Shown: positions 38,687 through 49,062, counted from the stretch's first letter. The stretch: 64,000 nt of DNA from Spirochaetota bacterium (GCA_043803405.1 JAZDKB010000018.1:32001-96000); one strand, 5' to 3'. Notes: generated from the sequence alone by a model not told the origin. Numbers and translations: made by a program.

Positions 38687-39289
38687 ATGAGCAGCCCTTC
38701 GGCATATTTAGACGCGCTAATTAAAGAATTCTCCAGGCTCCCGGGCATTGGTCCTAAAAGCGCAGGCAGGCTGGCATTCCACATTTTAAAACAGCCTATG
38801 TCCGAAGTTGAGAGGCTCTCGAAAGCAATTATTGAACTTAAACAGAATATAACTTTCTGCAAAATATGCGGCGGAATATCGGATTCCGCCGCATCCTGCT
38901 CCATCTGCTCGGATGAAAACCGCGACAGAAGTATTGTGTGCGTAGTTGAAGAAGCAAGGGATATTATTACTATTGAAAAGAGCGCCGGGTACCGGGGACT
39001 TTATCATGTGCTTAAAGGAGTAATATCGCCCCTGGACGGCATTGGCCCTGAAGAGCTGAACATAGAGTCGTTCCTGAGAAGATGCAAAGAGGGCATCATC
39101 AGAGAAGCAATCATCGCGGTAAATCCCACAATAGAAGGGGACGCAACAACGCTGTATCTTGCCAAGGAGCTTAGGCCGCTCGGCATTAAAGTAATGCGTA
39201 TAGCGCACGGGCTTCCGGTCGGTTCGAACATCGAGTTTGCAGACGCTGCCACAATTCTAAAGTCTCTCGAGGGCAGAGTGGAGATCTAG
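38687..39289 (+). CDS. recR: Recombination mediator RecR
   Basis: LPGIGPKSA, C4 zinc finger, YHVLKGVISPLDG, TIEGDAT. Confidence 0.97.
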   Translation: MSSPSAYLDALIKEFSRLPGIGPKSAGRLAFHILKQPMSEVERLSKAIIELKQNITFCKICGGISDSAASCSICSDENRDRSIVCVVEEARDIITIEKSAGYRGLYHVLKGVISPLDGIGPEELNIESFLRRCKEGIIREAIIAVNPTIEGDATTLYLAKELRPLGIKVMRIAHGLPVGSNIEFADAATILKSLEGRVEI

Positions 39290-40602
39290 TTTTTTTTCTT
39301 TCCTTCAAGATATATCACAACAGGCACGCCTTTAATATCGAGTTCTTTCTGTAAAAGCTTCTGGAGAAACCTTATAATATCTTTTTTAAAAAATTCAGCG
39401 TTATTGACAAATAATTTGAATTTTGGAGGCACCGTTTCTATCTGGGTTGCGTAATATATTTTGCATTTTTCCCCTAAAATCGGAAGTCTCTTCTTTTTTT
39501 GAACACCCTCAAGTATCCTGTTAAGTTTTGAAGTATCAATCCGTTTTTTTGCCCTCTCCTGTAACTCTAACGCGGTTTCCAGAAGTTTATGTATCCTTTG
39601 TTTTTCTTTTGCGGAAATTGAAATAATCGGGAAATCCTCAGTGCGGTAAAGCTTGAATATTACCTCGCCTTTAAATTCATTAAAAGTGCTGTTGCTTTTC
39701 GGGATCAGATCCCATTTGTTTAACGCGATAATAAGCGGTTTGTTTGCTTCCAGAATTTCATCGCATATTTTTTTATCCGTTTCGGTTATGCCTGCGCGCG
39801 CATCAAGCAAATGTATTACAACATCCGACTTCTTTATTGACTCAATTGTTCTTGTTTTGGAATAAAATTCGACATTGCCTTTTATACGGCTTTGTTTTTT
39901 TAAACCTGCAGTATCTATAATCTTTATTCTTTTGCCGTAAAAAATGAAATCTTCGTCAACCGAGTCCCTTGTTGTACCCGGAATATCCGATACAACAGCC
40001 CTCGTTTCGCCGATAAACGAATTTAGCAGAGTTGATTTGCCTGAGTTCGGTTTGCCTACAATAGCTATTTTTAAATCGACATTTTCCGTACTTTGCTTTT
40101 TTACAGGCAATAGCTCGACTATTTTATCCAGCAATAGATTTATATTCACTTTCCTGAGCGCTGAAACAGGCAGAATGTCGGCGCATCCCAGTTCGTAAAA
40201 ATTCGACATATTTTCAAGATCTGCATTTGAATCCATTTTATTTACTGCAACCATAGCAGGAATGGATGTTTTTCTGATAAGTTCATACAGCTCAAAATCA
40301 AAGGGAGTAAGATTCGGACTTTCCAGAAGAAAAATAATTATGGAAGATTTTTCCAGATAGCTTTTTGCGTTAGCAAGTATAGCGAGCGAGAGTTCGGATG
40401 AATCGCTTATATCGAGCCCCGGCGTGTCGGATAAAATGAAAGAGGCTGAATTATGCGTTACTGTTACTGATAATATATCCCTTGTTAATCCGGGAAACGA
40501 GTCTACGATCGCTTTTTTCTGCTTTGCAAGAGCGTTAAAAAGCGTAGATTTCCCGACATTCTGTCTTCCTACAATTGAGACTACCGGTATTTTTTTTATC
40601 AT
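39286..40602 (-). CDS. der: Ribosome biogenesis GTPase Der (EngA)
   Basis: Two G domains (GRQNVGKST, GKPNSGKST), NKMD/NKWD, KH-like C-terminus. Confidence 0.96.
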   Translation of the reverse strand: MIKKIPVVSIVGRQNVGKSTLFNALAKQKKAIVDSFPGLTRDILSVTVTHNSASFILSDTPGLDISDSSELSLAILANAKSYLEKSSIIIFLLESPNLTPFDFELYELIRKTSIPAMVAVNKMDSNADLENMSNFYELGCADILPVSALRKVNINLLLDKIVELLPVKKQSTENVDLKIAIVGKPNSGKSTLLNSFIGETRAVVSDIPGTTRDSVDEDFIFYGKRIKIIDTAGLKKQSRIKGNVEFYSKTRTIESIKKSDVVIHLLDARAGITETDKKICDEILEANKPLIIALNKWDLIPKSNSTFNEFKGEVIFKLYRTEDFPIISISAKEKQRIHKLLETALELQERAKKRIDTSKLNRILEGVQKKKRLPILGEKCKIYYATQIETVPPKFKLFVNNAEFFKKDIIRFLQKLLQKELDIKGVPVVIYLEGKKKN

Positions 40603-40982
40603 TCTTTGCCATCGAATTTTTCTTCATGAAAGAAACGCAGAATTGTGTCGCCTATTATTATTCTATCGCCGTATGTTAATTGAAATGGCTTTTTTAAACG
40701 TTTGCCGTTAAGATATGTTGAGTTGGTTGAATCGAGATCTTCAATAATGTAATGTCCTTCATTGCTTATATTGATTCTGCAGTGCTTTTTGCTTATTAAA
40801 TTATCCGCAATTACTATATCACAGCTTTCATCCCTGCCTATTGTCACTGCATTTTTATCAAGTATAAATGCTTTCCCGAGAAAGTTTTCCGAAAGTATAA
40901 GCAGAACTCCTTTTTTACTTAAAAAGCCGACAGACGGTATTTTTCGTTTTTCGTCAAGGTGGATTGTGTCATTTGTTGTCAT
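40599..40982 (-). CDS. FHA-domain protein
   Basis: IGR, ISKKH, DLDSTNSTYLNG. Confidence 0.92.
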   Translation of the reverse strand: MTTNDTIHLDEKRKIPSVGFLSKKGVLLILSENFLGKAFILDKNAVTIGRDESCDIVIADNLISKKHCRINISNEGHYIIEDLDSTNSTYLNGKRLKKPFQLTYGDRIIIGDTILRFFHEEKFDGKE

Positions 40983-41036
40983 AATTCATCCTCCATAAAA
41001 ACCAGATTCAGATTGATGTATTTGCAGATAAAAAAA

Positions 41037-41801
41037 TTATTTGGGTTTAATTGTTTCCGCTGTATTGTCCCTGATCCATCCTCTTTTGTTATCGGGTAGT
41101 CTTATAAGCTTCCATTCGTCTTCCGCATTTTCCTGTATAATAATTGTCCCGCCGTGAAGTTTAAAGAGAACCGTTTCTCTTGAATCAGGCCCGGACAGCA
41201 CATCGGTTTCTTCAGCTAAAATTACAGCCCGTTTATCATTTGCTTCGGAAAAATGTTTCCATCCGAATGTACATGCAGAGCTAAACCATAAAACTAAAAG
41301 GATTACAGGAAGATAATAAGTCCACTCTTTTTTAAAGTAAAGGCGCAAAACCAGTGCGCTCCAAAATAAAAAGTTGACTATAAAAAACAGCACTAATAAT
41401 TCATCACGCGTCATGTAACCGGACCAGAAAAGTATTGTTGAGATAATATCCGACGGAGCATCAACTGCATCTACAGTCTGTTTTTTTACATAACGGAGAT
41501 TAAAATCCAGATCCGCGTCGCGCGGAATGAACGCGCGGGCTCTCTCATAATACAGCACGGCATGGCCGGTCATTTTAAGGCGGTAACACGCGTTCCCCAT
41601 ATTATAATACAGGTCGCCGCTCTCATAACCTGACCCAAGCACTTCAAGATATGCATTAAGAGCGTTCTCATATTTACCGTCCCTGTAAAGCTGATTTGCC
41701 TTAAAGAACAATTCTTCATATTTGCCGGTTTTATTGTTTAATTCCGGGGCAGCAAAAGCCGGCGGCATTAAAAGCAATATGATAATAAATATTTTTTTCA
41801 C
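41037..41801 (-). CDS. BatE-like TPR/SH3 protein
   Basis: TPR (YYNMGNACY, YYERA), TM pair, SH3b-like LFKLHGG...GWI. Confidence 0.85.
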   Translation of the reverse strand: MKKIFIIILLLMPPAFAAPELNNKTGKYEELFFKANQLYRDGKYENALNAYLEVLGSGYESGDLYYNMGNACYRLKMTGHAVLYYERARAFIPRDADLDFNLRYVKKQTVDAVDAPSDIISTILFWSGYMTRDELLVLFFIVNFLFWSALVLRLYFKKEWTYYLPVILLVLWFSSACTFGWKHFSEANDKRAVILAEETDVLSGPDSRETVLFKLHGGTIIIQENAEDEWKLIRLPDNKRGWIRDNTAETIKPK

Positions 41802-43534
41802 TAAATTTCCTTTTCTATGCTTTTTACAATAATGACGGTTTCTTCGGAAAGATCACAGGGATCATCGCCTTTCCCAGTGTATATAAGAATCTCAATTTTT
41901 TTCAATATCCATTCCATCTGGTTGATAGTTTCTTCTTTACAGCCTTTCTGTTTAAGAATTGCCGATGATTCCTGGGGAGTAAGCGATCCCATTTCCAGTT
42001 TAAAGCGGTTATTAAAATAGTCTTTTAAAGCATTTGAAAGCGCATTTGCGGACAGGTCTTTATCCCTGCATGTTTTATAAAAATTATTTGCCGCCCTGAA
42101 TACTTTAATTCTGGATATTTCCATCCCTTTATTTGTAAGTCTGTATATTGTTGCAGCAGCTCCGAAAGCCATTGCAGGAGCCAGCAACAAAAGCCATAAA
42201 AACCATCCGGATCCTTCCTGCTGTTTTGCAAGGCTCCTGGCCGATCTGTGTACAGGCAGAATATCCGTTCCGAGTTCTTCGACTTCTTCCTTGCCGGCAG
42301 ACCGTGTTCTTTCTTTTGCAAACGGTGATTGCTGCTGTTCTGCAGAACCGGGATCGGCAAGCAGAAAAAACTGTCTTGTACTTATCCTTGAGTAGTATCT
42401 CTGTAAAGAATCAAAATAAGCTATTGTAAGCGATGGCACAATGTATTGCCCCTGTTTTTCCGGAACAATTGCCCATTTCATTGTTTTTATCCCTGCTATT
42501 CCTTTTTCGCTTTGCTGAATATCGAGCTTCGGCTCGTCGGAATATATCTTCGCGTTTTTAATATCCGGCATTTTCAAATCCGGTATTCTGTTGACATTGC
42601 CCGATCCTTTGACAGTAACAGTTAGCGTGGCCGATTCGCCTGCCTTTATACGGCCGGGAGTAAGCTCCGATGTAATGCTGTATGTGCCGATAAGCCCTGT
42701 GTAATCTGCCGGCTTGCCTGCTTCGGGCACACCGAGAACATCCAGAACCAGCGGATTGCTTGCAAGCGTAACCTGTTTGCCCCTTATATTTGAGAAAAAA
42801 TCGTCCATTGAAAAGAGTTCGTCATCATCCTGCCGGCGCTGAGGGATCCTTACAAGCATGGTCATTCTTGCAGGATTAATGTTAAAACGCCCGGCCCTGG
42901 CGGCTGCAACGGAAAATTTTAATTCAATTACCTGGTAATTCTTTGAATTATAAGTTGTGCTGTATTCTACTGCTTTACCGATCTGTTTGAATGAAAGCCC
43001 GTCTGCCTCCGGAATTACAGGCGTTATATTTGAAATATCATTCTTATAATAAAGCCTTAAAGTATACTGTACTTCTTCTTCAAGATAAGCCCTTGCGGAA
43101 GATAATGCGGCAGTCAGAAAAAGAGGAGCATTCACCCCGCCTTTCTGATCAACGTAGTTTTTTACAGTCAGCCTTACAGTCCCGCTCTGATACATTTTGC
43201 CGTCTATTTTTACAAATGCAGGGCCTATATCGAAAATCCCTATCCCCTTTGGCTGGATTATATAATTATAATCCAGGTTGGAGGCCATGCGACCGTTTAT
43301 AATCTGTATCTGGCTGGACCTGCCGGTCTTCTGTACGGTAAAATATTCAAGCCCCCTGACCTGAGGTTCATCCGCGTCTCTTGAGCCCGATATTCCCACA
43401 ACGAGTTTAACAGAGTCGGTAACTGCGGACTCATACCGGTTGAGTTTTAAAGATACAGATATCTCTGCCGACGCGCTGTATTGGAAAAATATAACAGCAC
43501 AGATAATAAAAATAAATTTTGTAAGATAATTCAT
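41801..43534 (-). CDS. BatD family protein
   Basis: SSQIQIING, GESATLTVTVKGSGN, IAYFD, C-terminal TM. Confidence 0.88.
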   Translation of the reverse strand: MNYLTKFIFIICAVIFFQYSASAEISVSLKLNRYESAVTDSVKLVVGISGSRDADEPQVRGLEYFTVQKTGRSSQIQIINGRMASNLDYNYIIQPKGIGIFDIGPAFVKIDGKMYQSGTVRLTVKNYVDQKGGVNAPLFLTAALSSARAYLEEEVQYTLRLYYKNDISNITPVIPEADGLSFKQIGKAVEYSTTYNSKNYQVIELKFSVAAARAGRFNINPARMTMLVRIPQRRQDDDELFSMDDFFSNIRGKQVTLASNPLVLDVLGVPEAGKPADYTGLIGTYSITSELTPGRIKAGESATLTVTVKGSGNVNRIPDLKMPDIKNAKIYSDEPKLDIQQSEKGIAGIKTMKWAIVPEKQGQYIVPSLTIAYFDSLQRYYSRISTRQFFLLADPGSAEQQQSPFAKERTRSAGKEEVEELGTDILPVHRSARSLAKQQEGSGWFLWLLLLAPAMAFGAAATIYRLTNKGMEISRIKVFRAANNFYKTCRDKDLSANALSNALKDYFNNRFKLEMGSLTPQESSAILKQKGCKEETINQMEWILKKIEILIYTGKGDDPCDLSEETVIIVKSIEKEI

Positions 43535-43542
43535 AATATAAA

Positions 43543-44289
43543 TTACCAGCTTTTCCCAGAATCTGTCCTTCTTTTATCTTTAGGTGACTGCATCTGCAAG
43601 ATCTTTGCCCTGTCTTCCTTTACATTGTCGAGCAAAGCCTCCGCTTTTTTCCTTTCCAGCATTTGTGCAGGGCTAAGCGCTTCTTTGGGTTTTTCGCCCA
43701 TCGGATTAGCGGAATTCAGCTTGCCGGAAAGATCTTTAGGGCTGCCGCTCTCCCCGGACTTATCCTCTTTGTTTTTCCGGCTGTCGTTTCCCTTTTCTCC
43801 TTTTTGCGGATTCTGATCTTCTTTCTGATTATTCTTTTTTTCGTTTTTATTATCTTTGTTGTTTTTTTTATCAGGATTCTTTTTCTCTTCTTCAAGTTTC
43901 TTTAAGGATAATTCCAGATTATATTTTGCGTCCGAATTATCCGGATTGTAAATGATTGCCTGCTTGTAAAATTCCGCTGCAGCCGCAAAATCATCCTGTA
44001 CAAATGCAGTGTTTCCCAGGTTGTATGCCGCTCTGGAAAGCATTGCGCTGTCCTTCGACCTTCTCAGAACGCTTGTAAACGCGGCTTCTGCACCCTGATA
44101 ATCTTTGTTCTGATAAGCAGCGCATCCTTTGTTATAGCGGTAGCGCAAATCCTTCGGGTCGTCCATATCTCCCTGCTGATACGCCTTTTCCGCTTCGGAA
44201 AATTGCCCGTCCCTGTACAGATCGTCCGCGTTCTTTGCATACGCGTAGGAATTCAATATCAGGAATAAAAAGATTAATATCTTTATCAT
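43543..44289 (-). CDS. BatC-like TPR protein
   Basis: TPRs (YNLGN, DAKYNLEL), K/N-rich linker, AEALL...KSW. Confidence 0.82.
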   Translation of the reverse strand: MIKILIFLFLILNSYAYAKNADDLYRDGQFSEAEKAYQQGDMDDPKDLRYRYNKGCAAYQNKDYQGAEAAFTSVLRRSKDSAMLSRAAYNLGNTAFVQDDFAAAAEFYKQAIIYNPDNSDAKYNLELSLKKLEEEKKNPDKKNNKDNKNEKKNNQKEDQNPQKGEKGNDSRKNKEDKSGESGSPKDLSGKLNSANPMGEKPKEALSPAQMLERKKAEALLDNVKEDRAKILQMQSPKDKRRTDSGKSW

Positions 44290-44302
44290 AATTAAATTGT
44301 GA

Positions 44303-44578
44303 TTAAGTGCGTGTTCCTATCTTTTCATATACTTTTTTTCTGTGGATTATGCCCAGAATAAAAATGAAATTGCCTTTAATTTTAAAAACTATTCTGTAAT
44401 CTCCGACTCTCAGTTTCCAGTAACCCTTAAGTGTTTTTCGCAGAGGCTCACCATAGTGATGCGGAACTTCTGTAAGCCGTGTTTCAATAGCAGCTTTAAT
44501 ACGCTTTTTTATTTTTTCGTTAATGAGCGGCAAGTCAATGCTTTTTACATAAGGATGATATCTGATTTCAAAAGCCAA
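44303..44578 (-). CDS. RelE/ParE family toxin
   Basis: GEPLRKTLKGYWKLRVGDYRIVF...IIHRKKVY. Confidence 0.92.
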   Translation of the reverse strand: MAFEIRYHPYVKSIDLPLINEKIKKRIKAAIETRLTEVPHHYGEPLRKTLKGYWKLRVGDYRIVFKIKGNFIFILGIIHRKKVYEKIGTRT

Positions 44579-44580
44579 TG

Positions 44581-44805
44581 TTACCAGACCTCATTATGTT
44601 TAAGAGCATTTGATTTTTTTAAAGATTTATCTCTTTCTTCTGCGAATAAGGATAAGCCAACATCTTCTTTTATCTCCAGAGCTTCTTTTACAAGGTCGCG
44701 TATTTTAAGCGATAACGATACCTTATCTCTTTCTGCAAGATCATGTATGGCTGCGTATAAAGGTTCTTCCAGTACTACGTTTATTCTCGGATTTTTTGTC
44801 GGCAT
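44581..44805 (-). CDS. Ribbon-helix-helix antitoxin
   Basis: MPTKNPRINVVLE...SLSLKIRDLVKEALE...HNEVW; directly upstream of the toxin. Confidence 0.88.
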   Translation of the reverse strand: MPTKNPRINVVLEEPLYAAIHDLAERDKVSLSLKIRDLVKEALEIKEDVGLSLFAEERDKSLKKSNALKHNEVW

Positions 44806-44827
44806 AATTTTTATCCTCTTTATTATA

Positions 44828-44856
44828 AGTGTAACACTATTAACACACTGCGTCAA
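44828..44856 (-). promoter_or_regulatory. TA promoter with palindromic operator over the -10
   Basis: TTGACG-17 bp-TACACT; palindrome AGTGTAACACT at 44828-44838. Confidence 0.7.
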
Positions 44857-45004
44857 TAATGCAATAAAAAAATATTATCCAAATTATGATTTACTTTTAT
44901 TTTGTCCTTCATAGTATTGCAAAGTCAATTTTAATATTTAGATAGAATTCCTTATTCTCTTGACGGTGGTTTTACAAATTGAAAAAAGTTTCAAAAAATA
45001 TAGA

Positions 45005-46483
45005 ATGAAAAAACATTACCTGCATATAAAATTATTTATTTTTATTTTTCAAATTATTTTTTTTCTTCAGATGAATTTTGGTTTTGCCCAGACTAAAATA
45101 TCACCAAAAGCTGTAGCAGTATTCACTATTCCAAATAATAATAATTCCGACATTATTCTGACTGCCGAAACGGCAAATAAAATAAAAAAAGTTTTTATTG
45201 ATTGCGGCCGGTTTATGCCTGTTGACGACATCCCGGAAGCTCTTTTTAATAAAGCAAAAAATGAATCAGGCGGAGACGGGAGAGACATTTTTAATAAAAC
45301 TGCGCAGTTTTTAAACTGCGACATCTATGTGCTAGTTTCCTCCTACCAGACCGGGAATATGTTTTATTCGGATGTCGCTGTAGTGCCTGTAAACCAGGAA
45401 TATAAAAGCCTGGAAAAAATAGTTAAATTAAGAAGCAAAATCAAACTGAATATTCCTTTAAAAGCCGGTATTGAAATTGCGCTGCTCCATAAAAATATTC
45501 CTGTAAACGCGTCTGTTGTAAAATCTTTCGGGAACGAGACCTATCTTATCAGCGCAGGGCAATGGCAGGGAATTAAAAATGATGAAGTATATAAATTGCC
45601 GGAATCGGATATCCGGGTAATTCAAACAGGGCGTTTTGAATCAATTGTAAAAAGTCCGGCAATAAAAAAAGAGGGCGAATCTATTGTTATAAAAATATTT
45701 CCGGATATCGATAAAATATTTTTGGAACTGGATAACGATATTTCCAGAAATACCGTAAACAGATACGAACTTGCCCAGGGAACGGACGGGAAAAGGCTTC
45801 TTGAAGGGATATGTGTTGTAAACATCGGTGGCAATATTTGCGTGCCTGGTTACGGTGCTTTTTTATCCACAAGTTATCTCGGCTTTAAAGATCCGAAGCC
45901 CGACTGGCCCGGCATAACTGTTTCGGCAACAGTAATCGGAATGCAGTTTTTACTCCCGGAATTAATGACGGATTTTAAAATAAATTTTTTTCCCTGGGAA
46001 CAGGACAGCAGCAAAACCGGCAGGATGCAGGATCTGCAAAAATTCCTCTGGATCACGCTGCCTGTCACTTTTTCAACCGCGTATATGGACCAGCTGGCAA
46101 ATCAGTTCAGGTCCACTGAACATCTTCCGCCTTTCTTCAATGATAAGGATAATATGGCAGCAGTGTTTTCACTGTTTATTCCAGGAGGAGGCCTTTTTTA
46201 TAAAGCGCACAGGCTTGCAGGCTGGGGTTTTTATTTTTCGGAAATGAGCGCTGCCGGCTATGCAGTTTATAACTACGAAAAAAAATCGGGCAAATGCGCT
46301 TTAATAGCGCTCGGAGCATTAAAGCTGGCGGATATTATTTATGCTTATATAATAAGGACTTCATATTCTTTTTATAATCTTGAAAAAGAAAGACAAATAG
46401 AGCCGGCATTTTTAAACATGGGATTTAATACAGGCCCGGATCATGACCGTATATATAATCTCATGGTTACAAAAACGTTTTAA
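45005..46483 (+). CDS. Exported/membrane hypothetical protein (distant paralog of 21312-22835)
   Basis: Signal peptide; SLFIPGGGLFYKA motif. Confidence 0.72.
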   Translation: MKKHYLHIKLFIFIFQIIFFLQMNFGFAQTKISPKAVAVFTIPNNNNSDIILTAETANKIKKVFIDCGRFMPVDDIPEALFNKAKNESGGDGRDIFNKTAQFLNCDIYVLVSSYQTGNMFYSDVAVVPVNQEYKSLEKIVKLRSKIKLNIPLKAGIEIALLHKNIPVNASVVKSFGNETYLISAGQWQGIKNDEVYKLPESDIRVIQTGRFESIVKSPAIKKEGESIVIKIFPDIDKIFLELDNDISRNTVNRYELAQGTDGKRLLEGICVVNIGGNICVPGYGAFLSTSYLGFKDPKPDWPGITVSATVIGMQFLLPELMTDFKINFFPWEQDSSKTGRMQDLQKFLWITLPVTFSTAYMDQLANQFRSTEHLPPFFNDKDNMAAVFSLFIPGGGLFYKAHRLAGWGFYFSEMSAAGYAVYNYEKKSGKCALIALGALKLADIIYAYIIRTSYSFYNLEKERQIEPAFLNMGFNTGPDHDRIYNLMVTKTF

Positions 46484-46569
46484 TATGTTGCTGAATTATA
46501 TCTTGACTTTTTTGTTTTAGTGAATCAATATAATTTGATTTCGAAGTTAATTATTTAGAAGGTATATTT

Positions 46570-47130
46570 ATGAAAAAATTATTATCAATAATTGCAGTTT
46601 TATTTTGCGCAATGGCGCTGACAGTTTGCGAAAGTACACAGGAAAACATTAAAAAGACCGGGTGCATAGACGGAGACTGTGTAAACGGAAAAGGCATGTA
46701 TATATGGACAGACGGTGCAAGGTATTACGGGACATTTAAAGACGCGAAATTCAACGGAACCGGAGAATATAAATATCCTGACGGGAAAATTTATACAGGG
46801 GAATATAAAGACGGCAAAATGCACGGACAGGGCGCACTGGTTTTCACAGACGGCAAAAAATATTCCGGCGAATTTAAAGATAACGAAATGAACGGGAACG
46901 GGGAGCTTATTTATCCTGATGGGAAAAAATATATCGGGGAAATAAAAGACGGCTGCGCAGACGGGCAGGGCATATTTCTGTGGCCCGATAAATCAAAGTA
47001 CGTAGGCGAATTTCAGAAGAATGTTATGCAGGGCAAAGGAAGGCTGATCTACCCTGACGGACGGGTTTTTGAAGGCGAATTTGTAAACGGTATTCTTATA
47101 GATAAAAAATCCGAGAAAAAAGTTAAGTAA
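46570..47130 (+). CDS. MORN-repeat (lipo)protein
   Basis: Repeated YxGEFKDxxxxGxGxxxxPDG. Confidence 0.93.
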   Translation: MKKLLSIIAVLFCAMALTVCESTQENIKKTGCIDGDCVNGKGMYIWTDGARYYGTFKDAKFNGTGEYKYPDGKIYTGEYKDGKMHGQGALVFTDGKKYSGEFKDNEMNGNGELIYPDGKKYIGEIKDGCADGQGIFLWPDKSKYVGEFQKNVMQGKGRLIYPDGRVFEGEFVNGILIDKKSEKKVK

Positions 47131-47173
47131 GTCAACTTCGCTGACTTTTTAAAATAATTTGAGGCAAATACTG

Positions 47174-47287
47174 GACGAATGCTATAAAAATATGTAATTT
47201 TCTCGCCGCTAATGCTTACATCCTGTAAGAAGCGGCTTGCGGCGGCTTCCTGCCGCCTTAAAATTACTTATTTTTATAGCATTCGTC
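47174..47287. repeat. Long-stem palindromic element with two internal hairpins
   Basis: 28-bp IR with 1 mismatch; inner hairpins GCCGCT..CTTACA-TCC-TGTAAG.AGCGGC and GGCGGC-TTCCT-GCCGCC. Confidence 0.88.
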
Positions 47288-47356
47288 ATTAATAATTATT
47301 ATATTTATTATCTTATAAAAATAGTTTTACAAGTTGAGTAATCAAATAACAATAAA

Positions 47357-48283
47357 TTAAAAAGAGACAAATCCTATCTGCGGGCCTGGTGTTACATGCA
47401 GGCTTTTATTTGCTTCGTAAATATCGCCATCCATCTGGTAAAGAAATTTTCCTTTGCATATTATTTTTAAATCAGAAGCGACATTATCATAATGATTCGG
47501 AAGCTTTACGGGAATGCCTTTGCGTATCCTGTTAAAATTAAGAAGCAGTTGGCCGGGCGTTATGCCGGATGCGATTAAATGAAAAGCGTTTTTCTTTTCA
47601 TAGGCGCGCGGTGTTGGAGTAAAACTAATTGCGAGATTTGCAATAGTAGCAGCGAATATCGCAAAGAAATCGTTAAAGCCCAGTTCTTTACCGTCAGCGA
47701 TTACCCTGAGATTCATCCTTTCAAAAATCCCGCTGTCTTTTTTAATCAGTGTCTGAAGAGCTGTAATTAAAATCACTTTAATTGCTTTTAACGGGCTTTT
47801 ATTTCCCCCCTTGTTAAATTCATTAGTAAAATTTGCGGTAAAACCCAGCCCGAATAAAAAGCAATACATATCGTTTACTTTCATTGTATTTCTGTAAACT
47901 ATCCGTATTTCATTTTTATTGCGAATTGCGTTTACTAATTTATTTAATAGAAATGAGCCTTTTCCTTTCAGCTGGTACGATCTCGCAATATTGTTCATTG
48001 ATCCGTCCCTGAGTATGAGGATGTTCGGGAGCTTACTGTTCTTATATACTGATATAAATTTCGAAATTACAAGATGAATCGATCCATCTCCGCCGGATAT
48101 TGCAAGATACGAAATATTCTGCTTTTTAAAGTCCTTTGCAGCTTTAATGATGTCATCTGAATTCCGCGTTAACCTTACATCGGCAAATTCGGACCCGATA
48201 TTTTTATAATACAATACCGGATCAGTTTTCATTCTTTTTATTCGTTTCGAATGCGGATTTATAATTATACCTATTTTTGCCAT
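47357..48283 (-). CDS. Diacylglycerol/lipid kinase family protein
   Basis: IINPHS, SGGDGS, GSMNNIA, QMDGD. Confidence 0.88.
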   Translation of the reverse strand: MAKIGIIINPHSKRIKRMKTDPVLYYKNIGSEFADVRLTRNSDDIIKAAKDFKKQNISYLAISGGDGSIHLVISKFISVYKNSKLPNILILRDGSMNNIARSYQLKGKGSFLLNKLVNAIRNKNEIRIVYRNTMKVNDMYCFLFGLGFTANFTNEFNKGGNKSPLKAIKVILITALQTLIKKDSGIFERMNLRVIADGKELGFNDFFAIFAATIANLAISFTPTPRAYEKKNAFHLIASGITPGQLLLNFNRIRKGIPVKLPNHYDNVASDLKIICKGKFLYQMDGDIYEANKSLHVTPGPQIGFVSF

Positions 48284-48332
48284 TGTATTCCTGTTAATTA
48301 ATATTTTTCCTGTGAGTATGTCCTAAAGCTAT

Positions 48333-48971
48333 TTACTCAAATTCCGACTTTGCAGTCCAGTCGGACTCATTTATTAAAAAGTCTCCGAAAACCGAAGGCG
48401 CATGTTCGCGCAGGATTTTCAGCATATCAATGCAAACCCTTCTGAATTCCCACTGCACGTTCTTCTGTAATCTTAATGAAAAAATAAAGCGCAGTTCCCT
48501 GAAATTGGCAGAGAAAACAATTTCACTCTCCAGGGCATTCGGGAGCACAAACCTGGCGTCTTCCTTTTTGATTCCTTTTTCAATAAGAGCGGCATAAGTA
48601 TTTTTTGATGTTTCAATAAAATCTTTGTATAATTTCCCGGCTTCGCCGTTCTCCGCAATACCTGGAGGAATAATATAATTAAAATCCGATTCGTTCACAT
48701 ATCTCTGGGATTGCTGCGAAAAGCTCGCAACGCGGTGCCTTACAAGCTGGTGGGTAAACGCCCTGGACGCTCCCCTTATCCTGAAAGTCGCCGACGCATG
48801 CTCAATGATTGAAAGATGGCCTCTTTTTATGCTGTTCCTGATAAAATTTTTTTCGCTCTCATCCGTAATTCTGTCAAGGGACAGATAGCATGTTCTGCCG
48901 GCTTCTTCGATAAGCTTTTCAGCATTCGGAGTAATTGCGATTAGTTTTACGTCCGGTTTTAATATTTCCAT
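48333..48971 (-). CDS. thyX: FAD-dependent thymidylate synthase
   Basis: HQLVRHRVASFSQQSQRY, EDARFVLP. Confidence 0.96.
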   Translation of the reverse strand: MEILKPDVKLIAITPNAEKLIEEAGRTCYLSLDRITDESEKNFIRNSIKRGHLSIIEHASATFRIRGASRAFTHQLVRHRVASFSQQSQRYVNESDFNYIIPPGIAENGEAGKLYKDFIETSKNTYAALIEKGIKKEDARFVLPNALESEIVFSANFRELRFIFSLRLQKNVQWEFRRVCIDMLKILREHAPSVFGDFLINESDWTAKSEFE

Positions 48972-49062
48972 AAATTGTTTTTATATGCCGATAATAAATC
49001 CAGTGTTTTTCAATATTAATACTTTAACTCAATGTGTAACTTTTAATAAGTAATAATCATTG

